64,000 bases of DNA from Geosiphon pyriformis uo1 (GCA_016748015.1 JAAOMT010000657.1:496001-560000), one strand, 5' to 3'. Shown: positions 1 through 12,074, counted from the stretch's first letter. The notes: generated by a model from the sequence alone, not told the origin. Program-made: numbers and translations.

Positions 1-3000
1 TTCTCCTGGCTCGCGGATTTGAATAAAAGCAACTCCAGATCGATGAATATATTGTGAATACTTGTAAGGTGTCTTGAAATAAGAATATTCTACTTTCACA
101 TCATCGGGAAAACGATCATCAGCCTCCACATCAAGAATGAACTTGAATCGTTTCACCAGCTGTATTTCAAAATAGAGATAAGGATTGATGGCAGGATGCA
201 GCTTTTTTCCAATAGCATCGAGCGATGGAGGCTGAGCCGCTAATTTTACAATGGTCGGTGACTGAAAAGGATTATTATCAGTAAGGCTTATAGCTTGTTC
301 CACCGGAGCTTCTACCAATTTCAAGCCGTATTTCGAAGCGGTCCGACTCCAACCTTGCAACATATCTTCAATCAAACGTGCAGTACAGCCAAGCCAATTT
401 AACTGAAAGTGATAACAGTTATCAGGGTTATGAAGGACATCATAATGCAATATTGCGGTCTCTTTTCGGTCGCTTTTTTTGTTAGGATCAATGTCAATCT
501 GGATCGCCCTACTCAGTTCGACATGAGTGCTTTTAAGTGAAGTTTGAATCGTCTCTTGTGGCTTCATCGTGGGAGACTCAATTTTTTCGGAATCTTTAGT
601 AATCTTAGAGTTACCGAACCAACTTTTCGAGCTTTTCTGAGGTGCATATTCTTTTTTGAGCTGATAATAGTAATAGCCATCCATGAATTTATGTCTTTTT
701 GTACAATGATCAAAAAGATCTCTTCTTTGTAATTCATTACCAAACTCAATGGCCGATTCACGTGAATCTATATCGGAAAAGTGTTTAATCAACCAATCGA
801 CAAGTTCATTACCAACAATCGCGTTTTCATATTGTCGCAAATGCCATCGGCGTTCTCGAACTATTCCAGTTACTGGGTGTAACAAAGCTTGAGCAATTGT
901 GCTCAATTTGCTATCTTTATTAAGACGTTCATCAGCATGATGTATTGACCCACGTCGTGAGGTAATAGCGTCTGGGGTCTTTACGTATACAGACGGGTCA
1001 AGGGTTGTGAGAATTAATTTGGGCTTTGAAAACTTTTTCTTTTGAGCTGATTCTCTCATTTCATTAGGTGAAATCCAAACTGCTTTCTGAAATATCTCGA
1101 GAAAATTGTATATTCCGTTAACACGAACTTCCTCCTCATCGAGATTCTCATTAGTTGATATTAATGTAGCATTATTGGGAAAATTCTCCATTGGAATCAA
1201 AATGAATCTAGTACGCCAGAATTTCAGTGTTTCCAGCAAAACATCTTGGTAACCAGCGACCAATTGATCAACGTAATTCCACTTATAATCAGAATGGGGA
1301 TAATTAAATAACACGTTACGTGTTTCATAATTATCTTGATATTTTGGCCAAACAACACAGCTGTAAGGAATAGGATTAGAAGAATACTGCGTCTTCCTTA
1401 AGTACCTCTTCACCTCCACATTCTGGCCTGAAGGATCAAAAGTTAAGATATGAACTTGATGTCCCATACTCAGATAACAGGGTATGGACGCTGAAAACAG
1501 ATTGGGCATAGGTTGTTGTTCTTTCCAGGTAGTGGACTTTCCAGCTTCAATAATGGACTTTGAGATATCAATGTGATTATTTTCGCTACCTTTAGAAGGT
1601 TTCGAATTCGGAATAGAGGCAGAGGAGGGTATGATTAACTGATATCCTTGAGCCAATCTCTGCGAAATCATTTCTTTCAATAACATTTCCGTTTTACGTT
1701 CTTCCGAAGTATTATCATCTTGTTGAATGGTGAATCCTTCAGGATCAACGGAAATTGTATAAGTATACTCGTGATAAGCACCTTGTTCATTGATAGGCGG
1801 GAAAAAATCTGTTGTTAAAGGAAGGCAGGCTGGTGTGCATAAAGAAGTCCATTTGATAGTATTCTTCAATAAACGCTTAGGAAATATATGTTCCCATCTT
1901 CGCAAATGGCTTGCCAATATTGGTCGATTGTAAATTCCTTTGGCTGGATTACAAGGGTTTACCAACGTCTGTTTATGTGGCTGCTTTGAGGCCAAGAGCT
2001 TTCCTGGTGATTGCCTCAAAAAGTAGCGGCCTTTCTCACTAGAGTAAGATGATTTGAAATTGTCAACAAAACTGTTTTTGGGTGAGGGTGATGACTCTCG
2101 ATGAAAATTGCGGATTGTCCGTTGCTTGGGTGATTTTATTGAAATTGGCTTCACAGTACTTGATGTAAGTACAGTACCATCGTCATCCTCACTACTGATT
2201 GGACCCATATAAGCACTCTTAGGACCATGACTATCAGAGTGATAGAATATATCGTGTAGCTGGCTGTCATTTTTTGAAATGTGACCGGTAGTCACATTTG
2301 GCATGTTATAAATTTTTAGGCGGTCCTCTTCCAGTGAATTTGATTGCCTTTCAGAGGGCATCCCAGAGCCATGGACCCCGGGAGAGGAGGTAACTTTTTT
2401 AATTTGGTTAGGATGTATGGTGGACATCGTGAGAGCAGCTGTAACCGTTAAGCGTCCACTTATCGGGACCGATAGGTAGTTTTCATGACTCGGATGGGAA
2501 TTAGATAATCCTAGGGTACGATCTTTTCCTTCAATAGAATCACCTGAAGGTCGTGATTTCGTAGAAATAGGTCTGATGAAATCATTAGAAAAAATTTCTT
2601 CATCATATGTATCATAGTAATTTGGTGTCATAGGTACAGGTGGGTAATTTTTATCAAGAAAAGGAACCAGAATTGATGATATCTCATGCTCCATTATTCC
2701 CATCATTTGGATTTCATACATTTTGCATCTCGGAACAAATTTATCTGGCTTGAATGGTTTATCTTGATCTCTCGAATAAAAATTACAATCGATCCAGTCT
2801 GGAGTTTTATAATAAATAACAGTCGCATCTTCACTAGCCTCATCATAATCTAAAGGGTCGCGATTCTCAGGTTTCATATCTTTGGTCTGGGACTTGGAGC
2901 TACTACTTCCTCCTGTTCTTGATTTCCACCAATCAGGTAATGGTGCTTTTGATGGGTCTTGGGATTTAAATTGAAATAGGGGTACAGTGTGAAGAGGGAT

Positions 3001-4173
3001 TTTCGAGAGACATACAAGATCAAGCCCTATGCCATTATCAATCATGCGTTCTGTTGTTATTCTTAGCAACTTTTTATCAACTTCAAATCTCCCGGTACCA
3101 GGAGTTACGATGATGATCGCCAAACCAGTACGTAAAAGATCTCTGTCGACATAATGTTTATCAAAAGGGTTCAATGCCAGATTGATTGCCTCTAAAATAT
3201 TGCCTTCAAAAGCACAAGAATTTTGGCCAGACAAAACCTCGTAATCTCCTTTTTTTCGTAGCAAAATATCTTGTGGATAGTTTAAAAGCTCCTTTTTAAG
3301 TGGAACAATTGCTGCCATCCAGTCAGAATGTGCTTCCCAATCAACAATTACTTTATAAAAATCCTTGTACCATCTTTCTTGGTGGTCATGTTTAACGATA
3401 CCTTCCTTTACTAAATTTTCATCATATTCGTAAAAAATACGTGAGAATAAGACTACAGAAACTACATGATTAGTGCCCATCTCTTTCCAACGATGAAATA
3501 AATCGGGCAAAAATCCATCAATCGCTTTTTCAAAAAAGAGTTCGCCATCCTCGTCAAACTCCCACATTTCTCGGCTCATTTGTACAAATATAAAATATTT
3601 TGCTGATTCGGAGCGAAAGATAGCCTTGGTCTCTGCGGTTATATATCCACCGGAAACTAATTCCCCTTTGACACATATCCTTTTGACTTGTGCCCGGATA
3701 CACTCGGTAAACTCGATTTTTCTTCCAACATAAACACAGATATTTGTGAGGCTAGTACTAAGACGCCACATATCACTTCTTCCAATGTACTGGTCTCTAA
3801 AAGTGAGCTCTATGAATTCAGCAGCAACCGAATTGACGTCTACCGCACGAGCTATCACCTCTTTTCGTCCTAAAACTCCAAAAAAGCCAAAGTGATTTGC
3901 GATTTCTTTGCTGACAGAGACTTGTAAAGCGGGCTGTTGTTTAATAAAGTCTTTTTCTAATTGAACAACTTGCACCACAAGGTGCTTCGTTCGATCGGCT
4001 GCAGCACTGGGGTGATAAAGTTCTAAGAGCTGTCCATATTTAATCCCTGGAAGGCAATCAGGATTCAATATCACGTCCGGTTTTGGATCTTGTTTAGAAA
4101 TGGGTGCCTCATGAACCCACAAGTTAAGCTTTTTGGTATACACTTCTTCTGTAGACTGCGATGTGGGGTCCAT
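1..4173 (-). CDS. IML1: Iml1/Sea1/DEPDC5, GATOR1/SEACIT subunit (3' end runs off the window)
   Basis: Missing from the ORF track, consistent with no stop inside the window. ATG at 4173 reads MDPTSQSTEEVYTKKLNLWVHE. It contains TKAIFRSESAKYFIFVQMSREMWEFDEDGE (~3540-3630), DEP-domain ERRWHLRQYENAIVGNELVDWLIKHF (~780-860) and YSQYIHRSGVAFIQI at the edge, in frame with the start. Confidence 0.95.
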   Translation of the reverse strand, partial: MDPTSQSTEEVYTKKLNLWVHEAPISKQDPKPDVILNPDCLPGIKYGQLLELYHPSAAADRTKHLVVQVVQLEKDFIKQQPALQVSVSKEIANHFGFFGVLGRKEVIARAVDVNSVAAEFIELTFRDQYIGRSDMWRLSTSLTNICVYVGRKIEFTECIRAQVKRICVKGELVSGGYITAETKAIFRSESAKYFIFVQMSREMWEFDEDGELFFEKAIDGFLPDLFHRWKEMGTNHVVSVVLFSRIFYEYDENLVKEGIVKHDHQERWYKDFYKVIVDWEAHSDWMAAIVPLKKELLNYPQDILLRKKGDYEVLSGQNSCAFEGNILEAINLALNPFDKHYVDRDLLRTGLAIIIVTPGTGRFEVDKKLLRITTERMIDNGIGLDLVCLSKIPLHTVPLFQFKSQDPSKAPLPDWWKSRTGGSSSSKSQTKDMKPENRDPLDYDEASEDATVIYYKTPDWIDCNFYSRDQDKPFKPDKFVPRCKMYEIQMMGIMEHEISSILVPFLDKNYPPVPMTPNYYDTYDEEIFSNDFIRPISTKSRPSGDSIEGKDRTLGLSNSHPSHENYLSVPISGRLTVTAALTMSTIHPNQIKKVTSSPGVHGSGMPSERQSNSLEEDRLKIYNMPNVTTGHISKNDSQLHDIFYHSDSHGPKSAYMGPISSEDDDGTVLTSSTVKPISIKSPKQRTIRNFHRESSPSPKNSFVDNFKSSYSSEKGRYFLRQSPGKLLASKQPHKQTLVNPCNPAKGIYNRPILASHLRRWEHIFPKRLLKNTIKWTSLCTPACLPLTTDFFPPINEQGAYHEYTYTISVDPEGFTIQQDDNTSEERKTEMLLKEMISQRLAQGYQLIIPSSASIPNSKPSKGSENNHIDISKSIIEAGKSTTWKEQQPMPNLFSASIPCYLSMGHQVHILTFDPSGQNVEVKRYLRKTQYSSNPIPYSCVVWPKYQDNYETRNVLFNYPHSDYKWNYVDQLVAGYQDVLLETLKFWRTRFILIPMENFPNNATLISTNENLDEEEVRVNGIYNFLEIFQKAVWISPNEMRESAQKKKFSKPKLILTTLDPSVYVKTPDAITSRRGSIHHADERLNKDSKLSTIAQALLHPVTGIVRERRWHLRQYENAIVGNELVDWLIKHFSDIDSRESAIEFGNELQRRDLFDHCTKRHKFMDGYYYYQLKKEYAPQKSSKSWFGNSKITKDSEKIESPTMKPQETIQTSLKSTHVELSRAIQIDIDPNKKSDRKETAILHYDVLHNPDNCYHFQLNWLGCTARLIEDMLQGWSRTASKYGLKLVEAPVEQAISLTDNNPFQSPTIVKLAAQPPSLDAIGKKLHPAINPYLYFEIQLVKRFKFILDVEADDRFPDDVKVEYSYFKTPYKYSQYIHRSGVAFIQIREPGE

Positions 4174-5261
4174 GTAGAGAAATCACTCACACCAGTGTAA
4201 CCGACAACAGCAAAATTTTACCAGAGTCCGGCCTCATGAAGAATTTGATAAGTTTGAGAAAGAAACTTTTTAGGATTATCAGTAAAGATGGGAAGTGATT
4301 TTTTTTGGGGGGTTTTTTTTTGAAAAGTTATTAATCTTATTTATCGATCTGATTGTTTATCCTATTTTATATACAAAATGATTAAATTTTGTATTGAGCA
4401 AATAATTATTGTTTTTTAAATATGAAAAATATATTTTATTAACACATTTTATAATGCAATAGATATTTAAAAATAGAAAATGACATTTATACATTATGTT
4501 TTATTTAAAAATATTTTGATATTAAAATAAATATTATATAAAATAAAAAATAAGATAAAAATTTTTAATTTAAAAATAAAGATACAGTAATATTTTTTAT
4601 TTTTAAAAATAAAAAATTTTTAAAAAAAACTTTATTTTCAAGTTTTTTTTTTTTTCTTTTTTAAAATATATTTCATAATATGACCAAAAAGAAAAAAGTA
4701 TCTTGGATAAGATCTTGGTCATTCAAATGAAAATTGTTTGTTTATGTCTTTTTCATTTTTATCAAAAATAAATTTTTTTTTTTCCAATAAAAGATTATTT
4801 GGTTGATTTTCTGGTGAAATCAAATGCAAAAGAAATTGCAAAAAAAGTTAAACGTTTTTTGAAAGGTTTGTTTACCATCCTCAAATTTTATCCTTTGAGA
4901 GAGAGAGTCTTTTAACGTGTAACCAGATACTGATAGTATCCTATAAACAAAAAAAAAAATCTCGGAGAAATTCGTAAATGAAAAATTGCACGGTTTTTGC
5001 GACCAATTTTTAATAGTCCGAGGCTTTTTTTTTTCTTATTAAAACGAATTTGATGATGATAAACTCAACTAATTATTTACATAACAAAAGGAATAAAAAT
5101 ACTTTTCTTTTAAATACTGTCTATGATCATAGGTTCCCGAGATTAAATATAAATGGAAAGAATATGTAGAAAATTTAAAAACTAAAACAGAAATTGGCTT
5201 AAAATTATTTCAAAAAAAAAAATTTCCCTCAATTAATAAAATCATTACGTGTACGCTCAAT

Positions 5262-5755
5262 ATGTCAAATTTAAATCGAAACCGAAAAAAGTTCAAACCT
5301 TCAAGTTCGGAATACCTTAAAACCACAAACATTTTCTTGGAATTTTCTCATCATTTTTTAAAAATCTTGGTCATTCTAATTTTTTTGCAAACTACAACAT
5401 TAAGCACTGCAACTCCGATACTCCATCGTCGTCAATATATTAACAATGTATTAAACGGAATAGACCAAGAACAGGGACAGGAACAAGAACAAGAACTGTA
5501 TGGCAACGGTTATCCAGAAAATTCAATTGATCCAAATTCCGATATAACCTCTAACGGAAATATCTACCCAACGCCAAACCCAAATTATATTAATAATTTG
5601 GGTGTTGGGGGAAATAATATTCCTAACAATCCTTATTCTCAAAATCCTTATTCTAACAATCCTTATTCTAATAATGATGATGAAACACCGGCTTCTCCAA
5701 CCAAAGAGGAAAATGCAGTACTTTTAGCTGAATTTTACAGTCAAACCGGATACTC

Positions 5756-5797
<42 letters not shown>

Positions 5798-6254
5798 AAC
5801 ATCGGTTCCTTCAACCAAAGAGGAAAATGCAGCACTTTTAACGGAATTTTACGGTCAAACTGGTTACGATCCAACTATTGGAGGATCATACACCTCGGAG
5901 CAAAGTAATATCTCAAATATTAGTGAAAATTCTGATACCCTTGATACAAATTACCCAAATAATCAATCAGAACAACAACAACAACAACAACAACAAGAAA
6001 CTGCTCCGGTAGATACCCAACCAAAGGTTCAGGGGGATATCGACTCGGGAAGGGCTGAAGATGGTGATAGTTCAAACTATTCAGATGATGATCAAGAGCA
6101 AGATCTAACAAGTGAAAAGATTAATGACGAAACTAATCAAATAAATGCTTCTGTTACCAAAACACCAATTACGGAAAATGCTTTTATAAAACAACTAAAA
6201 ACTTATAAAAGTCCAATTGTATCAATGGTCCCGAAAATTCTTGCTAGAAAATAA
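5262..6254 (+). CDS. Secreted low-complexity N/Q/D/S-rich protein (330 aa); probable truncated paralog of the neighbouring lipase-like genes
   Basis: Intact ORF with a basic leader, hydrophobic signal (FLKILVILIFLQTTTLSTA) and Kex2-like RR. It has a duplicated 24-aa motif ETxxxxTKEENAxLLxEFYxQTGY plus poly-N and poly-Q tracts. Confidence 0.75.
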
Positions 6255-6890
6255 TTTCAAAATCATGATACCAGAATTCAAGAATTAGTTAATTTAAAAA
6301 ACCTTTTTTTTTTAAAAGTATCTTTGTATTATTCTTGAAATTGAAATTGAAATTGAAAATCAAAAAATATTATCGGGAAACTAATAAACCTTGAAGTTTC
6401 TGATTGCTACTTGTTATCTAAAGGGTTTTTTGATACTATGAAAAAACACGTACTTGTGAGCCATGTCAGATTATTGCGAGTTCTAAAAGTTTTACGAATT
6501 TTTTGAAGACTTTGGAACTATCAAATATTCTTTTTAAAATGATAGCAGATTGAAAAGGATGGCCTTTAAAAAAATTAATGGAATTTTTAAATTCATTTTT
6601 TCATAAGATTCCCATAAAATTCCCATAAAACAATTCATTTAGACAAGTTTAGAAATTAGTTTTTAAAATTTATTGTGAAGTTTTCTTTTCAAAATTTCAT
6701 TATTAACTTGTTGAGATTACTAACTTGTAAATCAAAAACTAACAAGTTTAATATGAATAAAAGCTCAAATGATAAATATATTAGTCAGATATCAATGCAA
6801 TCCAATTATGAATTTTAAGTGCTGCTAACACCATCACCACCACCACCACCACCACCACCATCACTACTAATACCACCATTACTATCACTA

Positions 6891-9800
6891 TTAATTACCC
6901 TGTGATTGTGATGTCGGGCACTCTCCAAAAACCACACCAAAATAGGGTCCATTGTGCGCTGCCGCAGATGATTGGCCGGCTTGAGTGAACCGTGCATTAC
7001 ATTTCTAAAAAGGTTTTTTAGCGTTTATTAATTTATTTATTGATTAATCGAGTCCGAATTCAATTTCTTTAAGTCCGTTAATAAAAAAATTCTTGAACAT
7101 ACCTGATTTTCCGCTCCTTCGAATGGACTGCATTCAATCAGTCTCTGGGTTTGTGAAGTGACAATTTGCCAGTATTCGGTTGTATGATGTTGATAACCGT
7201 CGGCTGTAGAAGGAAGGTTAGAGTTGGGATCGTTATTATTGGTGATACGGAAGACCGAACCGGAGAAGCTATTATCAACGTATCCGGCAAACGCGGGATT
7301 TCCGAGACGCGATTCACCATACGTGTATACTTTAATATCACGATTATTTAAAGCTCGTTTCAATGCAAGAGCCGTAAATATTGCGTGACCTAAGTAAAAA
7401 ATAAAATATTCAACTTTTAACATTGATCGAATAAGATTTAACAGTGAAATCATCATTCAGTAGGATTTTGATAAAAATGATAAAAATACCTGCACCGGTA
7501 TCAAATCCAGCCACTATAATTGGTAGATTAGCGTTTTCTCCACCCAATACGGGAGTAAGCTGTTTAATCAAGTTTTCCTCGTCATTAATGTATTGGGAGA
7601 AAATTTCAGAGTTAACTGTGGCACCTTGGGCATTTTCATACGCTTTACCATTCTTATCGACATATGGGACCAAAGTTTTGGCTGGTGGAGAAAAATTTGT
7701 AGTACGACCTTTAAACGATATGACAATTTTGTTCGTAGATTTGCTCTCAAATGCGAATCCTATAAATCAGAAATGAGACAAAGTGATAAATAATTTTAAA
7801 TTTTATAGTACAAAGTAACTTAATTGATGGGAAATGGTGGATCCAGTTTCTACCTGTAACACCAGCATCACTACCCAACTTGACGATATTTTCTTGTGGT
7901 AGAGGTGGACAATAATTAGCGTTGACTAAATTGGCATAGGTAGTAAAGTCCGAGTTAAGGTCTTGATTCGTGGTCACCTCCTTTAACCCACTACCAAGAT
8001 CCTTGGATTCGGTAGGAGTAGTAGGAGTTGCAGGGTTAATCGGGGTGGAACTAGAGTCCGGACTCGTGGAACTAACACTTGTACCAACTGGGAGAGAAAC
8101 CTTCTGACTAGCAGCAGCAGCTAATTGCGCTTTATTCCTATCGTTCAGAACACCTTGATTAAAGTTGTTTTGGTTTATTTGAGCCTGAAGTTTCGCGTCT
8201 AGTAACTTTTTTTGATAATCTAATAGATCTGCGTTTTTTTGTTTTTCAATACCCGCTGCCTCCCTGAGTTGTGCAATTTGTGCACTTTTTGGACTTGGTA
8301 CAAGCCACTGAAATAAAGGTGGTATAACTTTCTGCGCTAGAACAGCAAGCGTGGTGGTATATATACTATCTGTGTGTGGTTGTGTTAATCGTTGGTTTTG
8401 TACTTGAATTACATTCCTTTGCTGTTCAATCCCATCTTCTATTTCTTTCGGAGTATATTGTTGTGCAACCGTTCTTGAATTGCCTGTAATGCCACTTATA
8501 GTGGATGGGGTATTGTCATCATTAAAAGCTACTTTATTATCTGTTGATAAGTTAATTGGCGTATTAAATGCAGAAGGGTCACCAAGTGGTTTGTCGCTTG
8601 CCACCTTCAAGTCGGAATTAATTACACCTTTAAAATCAGTTGAACCGTTTGATGATTCAGAGACCGGAGTTTGGGAATTGGTTGATGATTCAGAGGGTGT
8701 TGATAAAGCAATTGGTGCATTAAATGCAGAAGAGTCACCAACTGATTTTTCGTTTGGGACGGTAAAGTCGAAATTATTTGAACTTTTAAAATTCGATGAG
8801 TCGGTTGGCAGAAAAGCTAGTGTTTCGGGAGTTTTTGATGTTGAATCAGGTAGCTGAGCAAACAGTGAGCCAGAATTATTTGGAGAGGTGGTTTCAGCTG
8901 TTGAATCAGGAGTAGTTGGTAGCTGAGCAACTGTTGAACCAAAAGTAGTTGAATCAGGAGTAGTTGAATCAGGAGTAGTTGGTAACTGAGCAACTGTTGA
9001 ACCAAAAGTAGTTGAACCAAAAGTAGTTGAATCAGGAGTAGTTGGTAGCTGAGCAACTGTTGAATCAGAATTTTTCGATGTTTCAGGAGGAGTGGTGGTT
9101 CCAGCTGTTGAATCAGGAGTAGTTGGTAGCTGAGCAACTGTTGAATCAGAATTTTTCGATGTTTCAGGAGGAGTGGTGGTTCCAGCTGTTGAATCAGGAG
9201 TAGTTGGTAGCTGAGCAACTGTTGAATCAGAATTTTTCGATGTTTCAGGAGGAGTGGTGGTTCCAGCTGTTGAATCAGGAGTAGTTGGTAGCTGAGCAAC
9301 TGTTGAATCAGAATTTTTCGATGTTTCAGGAGGAGTGGTGGTTCCAGCTGTTGAATCAGGAGTAGTTGGTAGCTGAGCAACTGTTGAATCAGAATTTTTC
9401 GATGTTTCAGGAGGAGTGGTGGTTCCAGCTGTTGAATCAGGAGTAGTTGGTAGCTGAGCAACTGTTGAATCAGAATTTTTCGATGTTTCAGGAGGAGTGG
9501 TGGTTCCAGCTGTTGAATCAGGAGTAGTTGGTAGCTGAGCAACTGTTGAATCAGAATTTTTCGGTGTTTCAGGAGGAATGATGGTTCCGGCTGTTGAATC
9601 AGGAGTAGTTGGTAGCTGAGCAACCGTTGAATCAAGAGTAGTTGTTAGCTGAGCAGCCGTTGAATCAGGAGTAGTTGTTAGCTGAGCAGCCGTTGAATCA
9701 GGAGTAGTTGTTAGCTGAGCAGCGGTTAGATCAGGAGTAGTTGTTTCGGGAATAGTTGGTAGCTCAGCAACTGTTGCAGTCGTTGATTCAGGTTCGGGAG

Positions 9801-10155
9801 TCGATAACGGCTCAGCGTTAAAAGATTCAGACCCGAAATAAGGTTGAGAATCGGAACCCGAAATTTCACCAAGCGAAGTGGAACCAAAGCTATTGCCAGT
9901 ATCACCAATATCAGCGGAAGCAACAAAAACTGAATCTCCAATACCCCCACCACCCCCAACACTAAAACCCCCATCACCACCGCCACCGCCACCATCATCC
10001 TGTCTTTTTTGAAATTTAATAAATGGCGCAGCCGAGACTAATAAATTTGAGATTAACAAAAGCGACAGGAAAATTATGAAGAAAATGTTTAACCGTGGTT
10101 GAAATTTTTTCGTTGTCACAAGTAGTGACCTTGTGTTAAGATTTAATGGTAACAT
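6891..10155 (-). CDS. Secreted mucin-stalk Lipase_3-fold protein A (~990 aa), nucleophile motif GFDTG
   Basis: Hand-built exons 10155-7854, 7759-7490, 7389-7103 and 7004-6891 have GT-AG introns with consistent phases. Motifs: signal peptide + KR, YANLVNANYC, IVISFKG, VAGFDTGAGHA, YTYGESRLGNPAFA, RITNNNDP, YQHHTTEYW, AHNGPYFG. Confidence 0.9.
8895..9780 (-). repeat. Coding tandem repeats in lipase A: 81-bp unit x7 (STVAQLPTTPDSTAGTTTPPETSKNSD) flanked by 33-bp units (STxAQLxTTPD)
   Basis: 81-bp period (e.g. 9061, 9142, 9223); six identical copies and one variant. Confidence 0.97.
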
Positions 10156-10869
10156 TTTTAGAAGAAGTGAAAGAAAAAGATTTGTGAAATTGATGATGAG
10201 GAGTACTCTAGGAAAAAAAAGAAAATTTTTTGATGGTTCCTTCTTTGTATCGATTAAATATTTATTGAATATTTATGAAACAGAAGAGATGAAAATTTGA
10301 TTCAGATTTAAAGAATATAATAAATCTTATTGTTTTCAGTAAAAAAAAGGGTGAATTGAAAAGAAAATTTGAAAAGCTCACTCAATAGAGAGCTCTGGTA
10401 ATGAAAAAGAATGTAAAAAAAAAAAAAAGAGAAAAGAAAAAACTTTTGTTCGATGGGTTACAAGTAAATATCGGTGGGCATTTTATATAATACACATTTA
10501 TTAAGAAAATTTAACTTTCCTTTAAGTTTACGGATTACCTTTTGTCACGTTTATGCCATTTGAAAGTTCCGTTAATAATTTGATAAAGTTTTTTCGGATT
10601 TTCTATTTTTGTTATACAAAGATTTTTTGTTTAATGTAAAAAGTAAAAGCAATTTTTTTTTTAAAAAAAAAATATATATATATTTTACTTATTATTTATT
10701 TATTTATTTATTTATACCTTTATTTATGCCTTCAAGAAACGAGTATTGGGAATTGGCTAATAAGTTGATAGTTGATACGTTTTACAGTCTCAAGAAGTTG
10801 AAAAGAATTAAAATTTTGGAAATTATTTTTTTTAAAGATAATTATTATCATGATATTTAGCGAACATAC

Positions 10870-11169
10870 ATATAAATGAATGAATGAATGAATGAATGAA
10901 TCAATAATCAATAAAATATACATATATATTAAGTTCGGGGAAATAGTTGAATATGCATGAAAAAAAAGAAATATTTAGTCCACAATCATAATGGAATTAA
11001 GTTTTGACTTTTGTATTACATTTAACTTTAAACCTTTCCTTTAGTTAGCTTAAATTATATTCAGTAAAGAAAAAGAAAAAGAAAAAGAAAAAACCAGAGT
11101 GGAGAATAGAGAGAAAATTTTCATTTCACTTGAAAATTTTTAATAAGCTTATCAATTTTATTATTATTA

Positions 11170-11208
<39 letters not shown>

Positions 11209-11235
11209 CGATTTAATTGATAGGAGAAACTGAGA

Positions 11236-11273
<38 letters not shown>

Positions 11274-11372
11274 ACGTTCTTTTTTGATCTTTCTTAGCTT
11301 TTTCCGTGATCGTTAAAATAAAAATAAAAATGCTCGGGAATCTTTATTGTCTGTCTGTCTGTCTGTCTGTCT
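10870..11372. repeat. Microsatellite cluster (TGAA)n, (AAAAAG)n, two (TTA)n, (GTCT)n in the divergent intergenic region
   Basis: Visible at ~10875, ~11065, 11160, 11237 and 11349. Confidence 0.9.
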
Positions 11373-12074
11373 GAATTCAATTAGCAAAGAATTTAAATAG
11401 TCCTTTTAATTTAGTTACTACTAACATCAAACAAAAAATATCATGAAAAAAAAATAAATAATAATAATTCCTTGTAGAACAATATACTTTCGGAATATTA
11501 TCTAAAAATTTTTTTAAAAGGTAATAATGTCCCCCCCATGAAATCATTTATAATTATCTTTTGAAAGCAATATAAAGAAAGCCCGAAATGATTTACATTT
11601 AAATTTAGGTATCTAGCCTTTTTTTGCCAAAAAATTTTTTATCTATTATAAAACTTTTCTCTCTTCGGATAAATGTTCTTCAAAGTTTACAAAATTTGTC
11701 ACTTTTGTAAAAATCTCACTTTTAAAACTCCAGCTTTTTTTGAAATTTTTAATAATCAATAGAAAAAGTAAACACATGTCGTTTCAAATTATATTGAGTC
11801 ACAATAATTTTTGATTATTAAATTAGTATTCTCAAAATATCACAATCTAAATAATAAAAAACTTCATCCCCCATTTTATATATTATTATGAAATCAAAAA
11901 AAAAATTATACTTTTTCGATTTTTATAAATCAATTTCTTTCATGATTACTTGTGAATCTTTTAAGGTAACATATTTGTTTTTCCATAATCTGTTAACTTT
12001 TCATATAAATACAAAAAAAAAATCCTTCATCACCACCTAGAAAACAAAATTTATCTTATTTTATCTATCTTAAA

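Noticed and set aside
7747-7853. ORF-track C-termini of the 802-aa and 627-aa ORFs
   Set aside because: Read-through into the first introns; the spliced models continue into the lipase domains.
8817-9635. 272-aa Leu/Gln-rich ORF
   Set aside because: Alternative frame of the 81-bp repeat inside lipase A.
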